Source of the DNA: a virus
Taxonomy: Duplodnaviria > Caudoviricetes
IMG/VR virus record: IMGVR_UViG_3300010398_000042
Location: 1 to 25,691 of that record
Reading direction: 5' to 3' (one strand)
Length of the DNA stretch: 25,691 nucleotides
A program made the translations under genes and the position numbers. The number at the start of each line of letters is the position of its first letter. The first letter of the stretch is position 1. The notes beneath the pieces were generated by a model. The model did no database searches. It saw only the letters and a list, made by a program, of their open reading frames with translations, and was not told the origin of the DNA. This document shows positions 15,949 to 23,859 of the stretch, piece by piece.

Positions 15949-17001
15949 TCAGCCTGCCCTCACCTTGCGCGCGTTCCAAGTGCCGCTCGATCCGCCGACG
16001 AGCTTGCGGGCAATCGCGTTCAGGCTGCCGCCGCCTGCGTAGGGGATCGTGCCGGGATGCAGCGGTGGCGGCAGGCTGTTGACGAAGTCGGTCAGCTCCT
16101 GATTGCCGGGCGAAGAGGCGTAGTCGTCGGGGTTGTAGTCAGGAGGAAGGTTGCCGCCGGTATCGCCGCCGAGGCCTCCGGTCGTTGTCGTCGTCTGCGA
16201 GTAGCCGCGCATCTGCGCGAGCCGTTGCGCCGCCGACTGCCGGGCCGCGTTCAACGCCTGCATCGCGTTGCTGTAGCCGGTTGCGTACGTCTGGCCGTAA
16301 CCCCGTAGCGTCGAGAGGAGGTCGTTCAGGCCCTGGTTCGTTGCCGCCTGATACTGCTCGTTCAGGGCCGTGTTCCCGGTCGCAAGCGCGCCCGAACGCG
16401 CCACCCCACGAGCGGCGAGTAGGTAGGGCAGGTCGGCCTGCGCCTGGTTGAACGACTTGAGCGTCTGCGCCCGATCGGAGAGCTGGTTCGCAGCAGCGGC
16501 GTCACGGGTCGCTTGGTCGATGTCGCCCGCGTAGTCACCGAGGTCGCCAGTCAGGGGGCCGGGGTCGTAGCCAGAACCGATCAGCGCCTGCCGGAACTGG
16601 GCCATGCGCGTGTTGTGGAGCTGCTGGGCTGTCGCGTCGAAGGCCTGCTGGCCGCCGATCGACTCCGGCGCCGAGAGGATGTCCGACTCGTAGATCGGGT
16701 TCGGCGTCATCACCGTCGTTGTCGTCTGCGTGCCGCCTCCCCCGCCGCCCCCTCCTCCGCCTCCACCGCCGCCGCCCTGGTCACCGCCGCCCACCGATCG
16801 CTGCACCTGGAGCTTCGGCAGCGCGTAGGTCGAGCCACCGAAGGTCTGGTAGCCAGCCGACGACGGAACTGCGCCAGGGCCGTAGCCGGTCTGGAAGCCG
16901 GTGGGACCCGCGTACTGGATCGGCGGCGGCTTCGGCGGCTTGTACGGCGTGACCGGCAGCGTCGAGCCGCCGTAGTAGTAGCCCGCAGGCCTGATCGCCA
17001 T
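15949..17001 (-). CDS. internal virion (ejection) protein with poly-Gly linker
   Basis: 350 aa; AGGAGG RBS; A/Q-rich helices, LAARGVARSG motif. Confidence 0.6.
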   Translation of the reverse strand: MAIRPAGYYYGGSTLPVTPYKPPKPPPIQYAGPTGFQTGYGPGAVPSSAGYQTFGGSTYALPKLQVQRSVGGGDQGGGGGGGGGGGGGGGTQTTTTVMTPNPIYESDILSAPESIGGQQAFDATAQQLHNTRMAQFRQALIGSGYDPGPLTGDLGDYAGDIDQATRDAAAANQLSDRAQTLKSFNQAQADLPYLLAARGVARSGALATGNTALNEQYQAATNQGLNDLLSTLRGYGQTYATGYSNAMQALNAARQSAAQRLAQMRGYSQTTTTTGGLGGDTGGNLPPDYNPDDYASSPGNQELTDFVNSLPPPLHPGTIPYAGGGSLNAIARKLVGGSSGTWNARKVRAG

Positions 17002-17010
17002 CTCTGCCTC

Positions 17011-17721
17011 CTAACTGACGATCACGAAGTTGATCGTGATAAACGCCACCGTGTCGGTCAGCGGCGTGCTCTGCGGTCCGACACGGACGTTGTGGTTGTG
17101 GTCGGCGAGCTCGTGCGTCGGGGTGTAGCCGTCGGGGGAGCTTGCATCGGCACCAGCGGTGTAGCTGTTACTCGACCAGCCGACGTTGTCCTGCAAGACC
17201 GTGTGCTTGTGCGCCATCCCGCGCTGTCCGAGTGACTGGCCTTCGCTGTCGCCGAGCGCGTCGTGAGCCGCCATCGAGCCTCTGCCGACCGGCACCCGCT
17301 CACGCAGATCGGGCACGTTGAAGCTGGCGCCGCCACCACCGAAGGCGTAGCCGATCGCCTTGAAGAGACGATCTTCGGTTGCGGTCGGATAGGCGGCGCC
17401 GTCGCACATCTTCGAGCCGGTCGGGGCGGTCGAGCCGCCGTAGGGGAAGATCAGCCCGGCGGGCAGCGTGCCGAGCGTTCCCGCTCCGGCCCCCGTGATC
17501 CCGAGCGTCTTCTGGAGACCGGAAACACTCGACATCGGCAGGCTCATGTCCGAGGTCTCCAGGTAGCTGACGAGCCAGGACTTGAACTGGAGCGGGAAGC
17601 TGAACGGGTCGGACAAGAGCCGTTGCAGAAGCTGAAACTCCTGCTCGTTCAGCGGCCGGTCGTCCTGGGCGCCGTAGACGTTCTGGCGCAGATTGCGGAT
17701 CTCGAAGTCAGTGCTGCTCAT
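17011..17721 (-). CDS. tail fibre protein with phage tail collar domain
   Basis: ATGA overlap at 17718-17721; LPAGLIFPYGGSTAPTGSKMCDG...LFKAIGYAFGG...FNVPDLRERVPVG and C-terminal INFVI. Confidence 0.85.
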   Translation of the reverse strand: MSSTDFEIRNLRQNVYGAQDDRPLNEQEFQLLQRLLSDPFSFPLQFKSWLVSYLETSDMSLPMSSVSGLQKTLGITGAGAGTLGTLPAGLIFPYGGSTAPTGSKMCDGAAYPTATEDRLFKAIGYAFGGGGASFNVPDLRERVPVGRGSMAAHDALGDSEGQSLGQRGMAHKHTVLQDNVGWSSNSYTAGADASSPDGYTPTHELADHNHNVRVGPQSTPLTDTVAFITINFVIVS

Positions 17722-19256
17722 ACTCGGCCGCGCTCGATCGGGTGCGCATCGACGCCGATCTCGAAGATGCGCGTCACCGTCGAGGGCTGAAGCTGGCGGA
17801 CGCGAAAGGCGATCCCGTAGGAAGCCTTGCCGACCGGGAGCCGGAAGCGCGTGTACTTCGAGGTCGAGGGAAGGTTGCCCGCGCTCGCGTAGTTCAGGTC
17901 CTGCGGCGAGAGGATGTAGCCGAAGTCGAGCATCCCCGGCGTCATCCGCGGGCCGGGGTTCTTCGGCAGGCCTTCGTCTTCGACCTGGAGGCCGACGCGC
18001 CAGCTCGCGGGCATGTCCTCCAACGCCGCCCCGCTCGTGCGGATGTCGTAGGAGAGGTAGCCAAAGCGGCTGCGCTTGCGGCCCTCCTGGCCGAGCCTGT
18101 ACCAGGGCGTCTCGAAGAACGGCAGCACATTCGTCCCGTTGTCGTCCGTGATCGTCGTTCCATCCAAGGCTGGGAAGAAGGTCGGCCCGATCCGTGCCAG
18201 CCTGCCCGATCCCTTGATCCCGCCCCAGACGCGCTCCATCCCGGTCGTGCCACCGGAGGCCCACATCGAGGTGGCGGCGATGTTCGTGAACTTGAACCAC
18301 TGCCGCTTGTTCAGGTCGCAGATCAGGGTGACGTTGATGTTGTCGGTGCGGACGACCGAGACGATGTAGTAGTCGAGGAAGATCGCGGCCGAGATCGTCT
18401 GCTTGTTCTGGTAGAGCGGGCGCCAGAAGTAGGAGATGCCGCCCTGCGAGCAGAGGTTGCGGATCGCCGAACCGTCGGTCATGTGGACGCCGTGCTCGTC
18501 GGCGAAGAGGATGTTCTCGTTCCAGTAGCAGATCGTCTTCGGCTCGGTCGTCCCGGCCTGGCCAAAGAGCGCCTCGATGTGGATGTCGTCGTTCGTGAAG
18601 CCGGTGTGCACCGGCAGCGAGCCGCGCATCCGCTCGACACTGCCGGGATGGAAGATCAGCGCCACCGAGCGCAAAGCCGCGAGGCCGGTGATCCGGCCCG
18701 AGGTCTCGTACTTCGAGACGGCGTCCCAGCTCGCGGCGGCGTTCGCCGGCGGCGAGAAGTAGACCCAGTCGTCGGAACCAGGAGCGCCGCCGCAGATCAC
18801 GTAGCTGCCCCAGACGCAGCCGACCTTCGCGTTCGGGGCGCCGGGAGCCGCGCTCGGGCTTCCACTCGGGCCGACGATCGAGGGCGGCGAGGAGCCCGCG
18901 CCCGAGAACCAGATCGTCTGGTCGAAGAGCTGCGCCGGGTTCTGGATGCCGACCGGCACCGTGCCGCGGCTCGTCAGCGCGTAGGTGGTCGAGTCGATCG
19001 AGTAGAGCGTCCCGTTCGCGGTGCCACCGAGGTTCTGCTCGCCGGCCGTAAACGGCGCCAGGGCGCCGCCGAAGTAGTCGCCGTTCGCTTGCGCCGCCGA
19101 CCCCCAGAGCCAGGCACCGCGGCCGGTGAGCTGCGTGTCGATCAGCGTCGGCACGAAGTCGGCGATGTCCCAGAGGTAGCCCGCAGTCATGTTGTCGCGC
19201 GGGAAGTCGCGCGCGAAGGCGCGCGCACCGCGCAGGAGCTGAACGGGTGCGCTCAC
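17718..19256 (-). CDS. tail nozzle/stabilisation protein (P22 gp10 or T7 gp12-like beta-propeller)
   Basis: 512 aa, beta-rich; VYFSPP...SW, ITGLAAL...LIF, G...PKTI, ILFADEHGVH; follows the adaptor gene. Confidence 0.7.
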   Translation of the reverse strand: MSAPVQLLRGARAFARDFPRDNMTAGYLWDIADFVPTLIDTQLTGRGAWLWGSAAQANGDYFGGALAPFTAGEQNLGGTANGTLYSIDSTTYALTSRGTVPVGIQNPAQLFDQTIWFSGAGSSPPSIVGPSGSPSAAPGAPNAKVGCVWGSYVICGGAPGSDDWVYFSPPANAAASWDAVSKYETSGRITGLAALRSVALIFHPGSVERMRGSLPVHTGFTNDDIHIEALFGQAGTTEPKTICYWNENILFADEHGVHMTDGSAIRNLCSQGGISYFWRPLYQNKQTISAAIFLDYYIVSVVRTDNINVTLICDLNKRQWFKFTNIAATSMWASGGTTGMERVWGGIKGSGRLARIGPTFFPALDGTTITDDNGTNVLPFFETPWYRLGQEGRKRSRFGYLSYDIRTSGAALEDMPASWRVGLQVEDEGLPKNPGPRMTPGMLDFGYILSPQDLNYASAGNLPSTSKYTRFRLPVGKASYGIAFRVRQLQPSTVTRIFEIGVDAHPIERGRV

Positions 19257-19900
19257 CCGACGTAGGCCCCGGAGCCGGAGACCGAGCGCAGCTTGACGTT
19301 GCGGCCGGGCGCCTTGGCGGTGCCACGCTTGTTGACCAAAGCCCTGATCTGGGCGAGCCGGCCCGAGCGAGTGTCCTGGCCCTCGTAGAGGATGCGGTAA
19401 TACTCACCGTTCTGAGCGGCGGCGTCGTCGGCGTAGTCGGCGAGCTTCCAGAGGGCGTAGGTGACGATCGCGTCGTGATACTCGTCGGGGATCGCGCCCA
19501 GGTCCTCGAAGCTCGGCGACTGCCCATCGTCGACCATCTGCTGCGGGCGCAGCACGCCCCAGACCTGAATCTCGCCGTCCACCGTCGGCATCGGCTCGAT
19601 CAACAACACGTCGGAGCGGATCAGCGTGAAGCTCGGCGAGAGCGTCTCGTTGCGCCGCGCGCGCGGGCGAGCGCCGTTCTCCACGTCCACGAGCGCGAGC
19701 AGCGAGTGGTCGAGTTTGTACTCGTCCTGGTTCGCGTGCACGCGCAGATCGACGCAGCGCACCGTGCAGCGAGTCCGCGAGAGCAGGTCGATCGTGCCGA
19801 AGTAGAGCTGGTCGTTGATCATCTGCGTCTCGTCGTAGGTCGTCTGGTCTTGCAAGCCGAGCCAACGGGCGACTTGCTGAACCATCTGTGCGCGTGTCAC
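19253..19900 (-). CDS. head-tail adaptor protein
   Basis: MTRAQMVQQVARWL...MINDQL...EY.L...IEPMP...IPDEYHDAIVTYAL. Confidence 0.75.
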   Translation of the reverse strand: MTRAQMVQQVARWLGLQDQTTYDETQMINDQLYFGTIDLLSRTRCTVRCVDLRVHANQDEYKLDHSLLALVDVENGARPRARRNETLSPSFTLIRSDVLLIEPMPTVDGEIQVWGVLRPQQMVDDGQSPSFEDLGAIPDEYHDAIVTYALWKLADYADDAAAQNGEYYRILYEGQDTRSGRLAQIRALVNKRGTAKAPGRNVKLRSVSGSGAYVG

Positions 19901-20109
19901 TTGTCCTCCTTCGGCCAGAGCACCTTCGTGTCCTCGATCTCGATCACGCGCCCGTCGTCGTCGAAGCGCTCGCGCTCGATGAAGAAGCCGTAGCGTGAGA
20001 TGCCGACGTCCCGGTTGCGGCGAAGCAGCGCAACCAAGACCAGCACGCCGACGACCACGAGCGCGAGCGCGGCCAGCGAGTAACCGTCGAAACTCAGCCC
20101 AACAAGCAT
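19897..20109 (-). CDS. single-TM membrane protein (lysis cassette)
   Basis: MLVGLSFDGYSLAALALVVVGVLVLVALLRR..., overlapping both neighbours. Confidence 0.65.
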   Translation of the reverse strand: MLVGLSFDGYSLAALALVVVGVLVLVALLRRNRDVGISRYGFFIERERFDDDGRVIEIEDTKVLWPKEDK

Positions 20110-20381
20110 GTGGCGATCGTCTGGTGCCCCTGCGGCGTGTTGAAGACGACCGCGCTGAACGTGTAACCGGCAGGACAACTTTCTGCGCCCGGCGAGCCGG
20201 GATCGCCCTTCGGCCCCGGTGGCCCCGGCGGACCGGCCGGCCCTTGCGTGCCTGCGCCGACGTCGATCGTCACCGTCTTCGTCGGCGTCTGCGTTCCCTG
20301 CCCGATCGCGGTCGCAACCAGGAAGCCGCCGCTAGCCGCCAGTACCAGGGCGGCGATAAGTAGCGTCACGGGGTTCCTCAC
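20094..20381 (-). CDS. membrane-anchored collagen-like protein (lysis cassette)
   Basis: N-terminal hydrophobic segment, Gly-X-Y run GTQGPAGPPGPPGPKGDPGSPGAE, C-terminal Cys pair. Confidence 0.75.
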   Translation of the reverse strand: MRNPVTLLIAALVLAASGGFLVATAIGQGTQTPTKTVTIDVGAGTQGPAGPPGPPGPKGDPGSPGAESCPAGYTFSAVVFNTPQGHQTIATCLLG

Positions 20382-20544
20382 GGATGATCCTCAGCCCTTC
20401 CCGGAACGCTTCGATCCGTTCGTCGCAGTCTTTGTGGGCGCGCTTCCGTTCTTGCTTGACGAAGTAGAACGCCGCAGCGAGGCTGCCGCCTCCCGAAGCC
20501 AGCGCACCGATCGCTGCCAGGATCTGCGGATCAAGGTTCCGCAC
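20332..20544 (-). CDS. holin-like membrane protein
   Basis: DPQILAAIGALASGGGSLAAAFYFV followed by a charged tail; first membrane gene after the endolysin and HNH genes. Start is uncertain. Confidence 0.55.
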   Translation of the reverse strand: MRNLDPQILAAIGALASGGGSLAAAFYFVKQERKRAHKDCDERIEAFREGLRIIREEPRDATYRRPGTGG

Positions 20545-21001
20545 CGACGTGCGCCCAGGTGCGCCGCTTCTTGATGTCGCAGACCGTTGAGACCGAAAGG
20601 CCGTACTCGGCAGCAATCTCCTTGTACAGGCGCGTCCCAGCGCGGATGGCGAGAACATCGGCGACGGTCAACTTGGCGGCATGAGCACGTTCTCCGCGAG
20701 AACTGCGACCGGCGTCCACCATGTCCTGCGAGTTCTCCTTCGCCGTTCCCAGTCGGAGATGCGCTGGGTTCACACACGCAGGCGTGTTGCAGGAGTGCAG
20801 CACGAACATCCCATCTGGGATCACCCCGACGAAGTGCTCGTAGGCGAAGCGATGCGCGTATACCGTCTCACGGGAGTTCAAGGAGCCGATGGTGCCGTAG
20901 CCCTTCGGGATGCGAGCACCTCGCCAGAGCCAACACCCATCAGTCTTCTCCACCTTTTCGAGCCAGCGATCATAGATCGAGCGAGGCTTAGGCCCTTTCA
21001 T
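20531..21001 (-). CDS. freestanding HNH homing endonuclease (HNH_3 plus C-terminal HTH)
   Basis: CWLWRG...GYG...AHRFAY...VLHSCNTPACVNPAHLRLGTAKENSQD, KLT...EIAAEYGLSVSTV; ATGA overlap with the endolysin stop. Confidence 0.92.
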   Translation of the reverse strand: MKGPKPRSIYDRWLEKVEKTDGCWLWRGARIPKGYGTIGSLNSRETVYAHRFAYEHFVGVIPDGMFVLHSCNTPACVNPAHLRLGTAKENSQDMVDAGRSSRGERAHAAKLTVADVLAIRAGTRLYKEIAAEYGLSVSTVCDIKKRRTWAHVGAEP

Positions 21002-21906
21002 TCGGCTACTCGAATGAACTTCGTTGCTTGTCCGTTGACATCTCGTTGACGGCGCATGACCTCGCCCCCGTTGCTGTCGTTGCCAACGGCAGTGTTCCCC
21101 TCCAGGGCGGTGAAAGCGTGTCCACTCGTCCACTTCTCGAAGAAGCCGATGTGATCGTATTCTCCGTTCCACTGCCAGTCGTAGCAAACAAGATCCCCGG
21201 GTTTTGGGGAGTTCGTCTGCGATAGGCCGAAGCGACCGTTGTAGCTGTCCGAGACAACGTATGGCACATACGAGTACCGGGACTGGTTGCGGTCGAAGGT
21301 TGGGGAACCGGGGCCTCCCGAAGCGTCATAGCAATACGTGACAAACATCGCGCACCACGGCCCCACCATGCCGTACCACTCCGTGTAGGGACACTGATTC
21401 GAACCAGCGGGAGACTCCTTCACCCCTAACTGGCCGATAGCACGGTCAAGCGCCTTCTCCCTCGCGCTCTTCGTGCCCGGCGGCGGCGCCTGGCTGTCCT
21501 CGTAGGCGGCGTTGATCAGGTTGACGGCCACAGAATCCATGGCCATTTCTCCGGCGTGCGTCCTGCCCTGCGGCACCTTGACACTACGCAGGAAGTTGAA
21601 CGTCTTCTCGCCGACGTTGCCGGTCGGATCGATCGTGCCCGACCAACGTTGCAGTCCCGCTATTCCCGCATGGGTCGCTTCGTCCTTCCCATGCGCAAAT
21701 CCGTTTGAGTAGCTGTCGTCCCATTCATCTGGCGTCCACGGCCACGCGCCACAACGGGCAGCCGTTCTCTTGCACGCGACCACAAAGTCGGAGTCCTTCG
21801 ACGGTGTGTGCCCCGGCGCGGCATCTGGGGGGTAGAGATTGCCCGGATACCCGCGCACCTCCACCATCTTCCCTCCCTTGGGAGGCTGGCTATTCCAAGC
21901 GGCCAC
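20998..21906 (-). CDS. endolysin: N-terminal PG-binding-like domain plus CHAP amidase
   Basis: LQRWSGTIDPTGNVGEKTF; GVKESPAGSN, PWCAMFV, PKPGDLV, DHIGF, LEGNT. Start is GTG 21906 or ATG 21867. Confidence 0.9.
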   Translation of the reverse strand: MAAWNSQPPKGGKMVEVRGYPGNLYPPDAAPGHTPSKDSDFVVACKRTAARCGAWPWTPDEWDDSYSNGFAHGKDEATHAGIAGLQRWSGTIDPTGNVGEKTFNFLRSVKVPQGRTHAGEMAMDSVAVNLINAAYEDSQAPPPGTKSAREKALDRAIGQLGVKESPAGSNQCPYTEWYGMVGPWCAMFVTYCYDASGGPGSPTFDRNQSRYSYVPYVVSDSYNGRFGLSQTNSPKPGDLVCYDWQWNGEYDHIGFFEKWTSGHAFTALEGNTAVGNDSNGGEVMRRQRDVNGQATKFIRVAE

Positions 21907-22336
21907 TGGCTTTCCTCTCTCGCACACGCTTCAAGATGCGTTCTCTGTACTCGGAATCGTTGCGATAACGAGCACGTCGCTTCGCGTTCAGCTCCTTTCG
22001 ATGGGCGAGCTGCCACTCTCTAGCCTTGATCGCTTCACACGTCGGACAACGAGTGTGGCCGTTCTTCTTCCGTTTCCTCTCGTGGTCACACTGCGGCAGA
22101 TGTGAGTGCAGAACCCCATGCGTTTTCCGCGTCAGGAGCACCATGTGGTCAACGTTGATGCACGTCTTGACACCGCACAGATGGTGGATCGTCAGACCCT
22201 CGGGGATGGGGCCGAAGACCTCTTCCCACGCCACTCGATGCGCGTACTTCTTACGAGACCGCGCATACCCGTTGCTCCTGTCAACCGACCAGCCGGAGAG
22301 GACGCACTCACTCTCCGGCCTTTCGTTCCAGCCCAC
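21890..22336 (-). CDS. freestanding HNH homing endonuclease (HNH_3)
   Basis: NGY...AHRVAWEEVFGPIPEGLTIHHLCGVKTCINVDHM; C-terminal CPTC and basic helix. Confidence 0.9.
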   Translation of the reverse strand: MGWNERPESECVLSGWSVDRSNGYARSRKKYAHRVAWEEVFGPIPEGLTIHHLCGVKTCINVDHMVLLTRKTHGVLHSHLPQCDHERKRKKNGHTRCPTCEAIKAREWQLAHRKELNAKRRARYRNDSEYRERILKRVRERKASGRLE

Positions 22337-22338
22337 GA

Positions 22339-22629
22339 CTAGGCCGGGGCGCTCGCCTTGGTTGCCGTCTTCTCCTCCTTCGCCGCCGCCTTCTCGGCCT
22401 CCTCGGCCGCCTTCGCCTCCTCCTTGGCCACCTTGTCCTCGGCGGCGGCGACGGCCTCCACCTCAGCGTCACGCGCGTCGTTGCGCTCGTCGTGGAGCTT
22501 CTGCTCCTCGTCGGGCAGCAGCTCGACGCCCTCGATGCCCGACAGATCGGGCGAGACGTAGCCGGCGGCCGGGTGCCCGGTCGGGAGCGTCAGCTTGCGC
22601 TCCCCCTTCTCCTGTGTGCTGCGTGCCAT
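22339..22629 (-). CDS. hypothetical protein with A/E/K-rich tail
   Basis: AAAGGAGG RBS; strongly GC3-biased codons. Confidence 0.75.
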   Translation of the reverse strand: MARSTQEKGERKLTLPTGHPAAGYVSPDLSGIEGVELLPDEEQKLHDERNDARDAEVEAVAAAEDKVAKEEAKAAEEAEKAAAKEEKTATKASAPA

Positions 22630-22643
22630 CCATCCTCCTTTGG

Positions 22644-23348
22644 TTATGAGACTCTGATCGGCTGAACTTCCAGCGAGCGGCAGTAGTAGTGAACTCCACT
22701 CGCGCCGCCGTGCGCCCAGATACAGATCGTGTTACCCGCCGCACAAGTGATACTGGTCATCGCAGGGCTTAGACCGAGAGCAGACGAGGCGGCAGCGTTG
22801 GCCGCGTTGGCGGTGTACGTGCCTCCGTTGGCGTCAGTCGTAAGACCAGCGCCGAAAGTGAAGATGGTGCCGCCGCCTGTCCCGGAGGCCACCTGCTGCG
22901 CGTAGGCTCGTGCCCGGTAGACACCGGCTCGCGGAACGGTGAACTGCGGCGAAGCCATCACCGTCCAGGCGTTCGTGACGATCACATCTGCGTACAAGTC
23001 CTGGCAGGAGGGATGCCCCCCGACGAACTCCCACTTGTAGGCGCTCGAAGACCCCGCGTTCCACCTGAACCGCCACTGGCAGGTCGGGTTCGTGACCGAG
23101 TCGACGAGGATCGCCTCCTGCCCGTCCACCGGACTCGCGGGCAGCGTGGTGGCGTAGCTGACGACCGTGAGCGGTATCTGCGCGACGGGCACCTTACCGC
23201 CCGCGTCGAGCGAGGCGTAGCCGTTCGCAGCGCCCTTCGCCGCAGCGCCACCCGTGTCGAGCAGGACAACCCCGTCTTCGATGTGATCCATGTGAACCTT
23301 GTCCACGGGCGTCTGCGAGTCGATCCACGACTGCTTCACATAGGTCAT
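22644..23348 (-). CDS. tail fibre / receptor-binding-like protein
   Basis: YVKQSW..TPV..MDHIEDGV, KGAANGYASLDAGGKVPVAQIP, LPASPVDGQ, beta-rich C-terminal domain. Confidence 0.65.
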   Translation of the reverse strand: MTYVKQSWIDSQTPVDKVHMDHIEDGVVLLDTGGAAAKGAANGYASLDAGGKVPVAQIPLTVVSYATTLPASPVDGQEAILVDSVTNPTCQWRFRWNAGSSSAYKWEFVGGHPSCQDLYADVIVTNAWTVMASPQFTVPRAGVYRARAYAQQVASGTGGGTIFTFGAGLTTDANGGTYTANAANAAASSALGLSPAMTSITCAAGNTICIWAHGGASGVHYYCRSLEVQPIRVS

Positions 23349-23361
23349 ATAGTCTCCCCCG

Positions 23362-23859
23362 ATGCCTTACGTTGATCCCGACAAAAGACGCGAGTACCAG
23401 CGCGAGCGAGCACGACGGCTTCGCGCCGATCCTGAGTACCGCGAGCGCGAGTTCGCACGGATCGTGGCCTCGAACCGCCGCCGCCGTCAGGAAGCGATGA
23501 AAGACCCCGATCTTGCCGAAGCTCTCCGCAAGGAAGCCCGCGAGCGGATGCGCGAGTGGCGCGAGAAGAACCCCGACAAGGCCAAAGCTGCGCACAGGCG
23601 CAGCAACGCGAAGAAGAACCACGCGAAGGAGTGGCGCTGGGCCAACCTCGAAAAGGCCCGCCCCCGCGAGCGAGCACGTCGAGCGGTCTACGTTGCGATC
23701 CGAAGAGGTGTACTGATCCCGCAGCCGTGCGAGGTCTGCGGTGTGGAGCCGTACCGCAACGGGCGGCGCTACGTCCAGGCCCACCATCCCGACTACTCGA
23801 AGCCGCTAGACGTGCGATGGCTCTGCCCTCGTCACCACGGCGCTCTGTTGCGCATCTAG
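23362..23859 (+). CDS. freestanding HNH-like endonuclease with long basic helical N-terminus
   Basis: PQPCEVCG...QAHHPDYSKPLDVRWLCPRHH; antisense to the late operon. Confidence 0.85.
   Translation: MPYVDPDKRREYQRERARRLRADPEYREREFARIVASNRRRRQEAMKDPDLAEALRKEARERMREWREKNPDKAKAAHRRSNAKKNHAKEWRWANLEKARPRERARRAVYVAIRRGVLIPQPCEVCGVEPYRNGRRYVQAHHPDYSKPLDVRWLCPRHHGALLRI

Noticed and set aside
16733-16776. C-rich tract as a G-quadruplex or contingency locus
   Set aside because: Encodes a poly-Gly linker with mixed codons.
17722-19527. 838-aa ORF extending the collar fibre, or a frameshift fusion with the nozzle
   Set aside because: The upstream part is R/P/G-rich off-frame translation of the nozzle and adaptor genes; a clean ATGA-coupled start exists at 17721 and no slippery site was seen.
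20531-22336. Group I introns housing the HNH genes
   Set aside because: Flanking genes are complete, and the HNH ORFs abut or overlap them, leaving no room for intron core structure.
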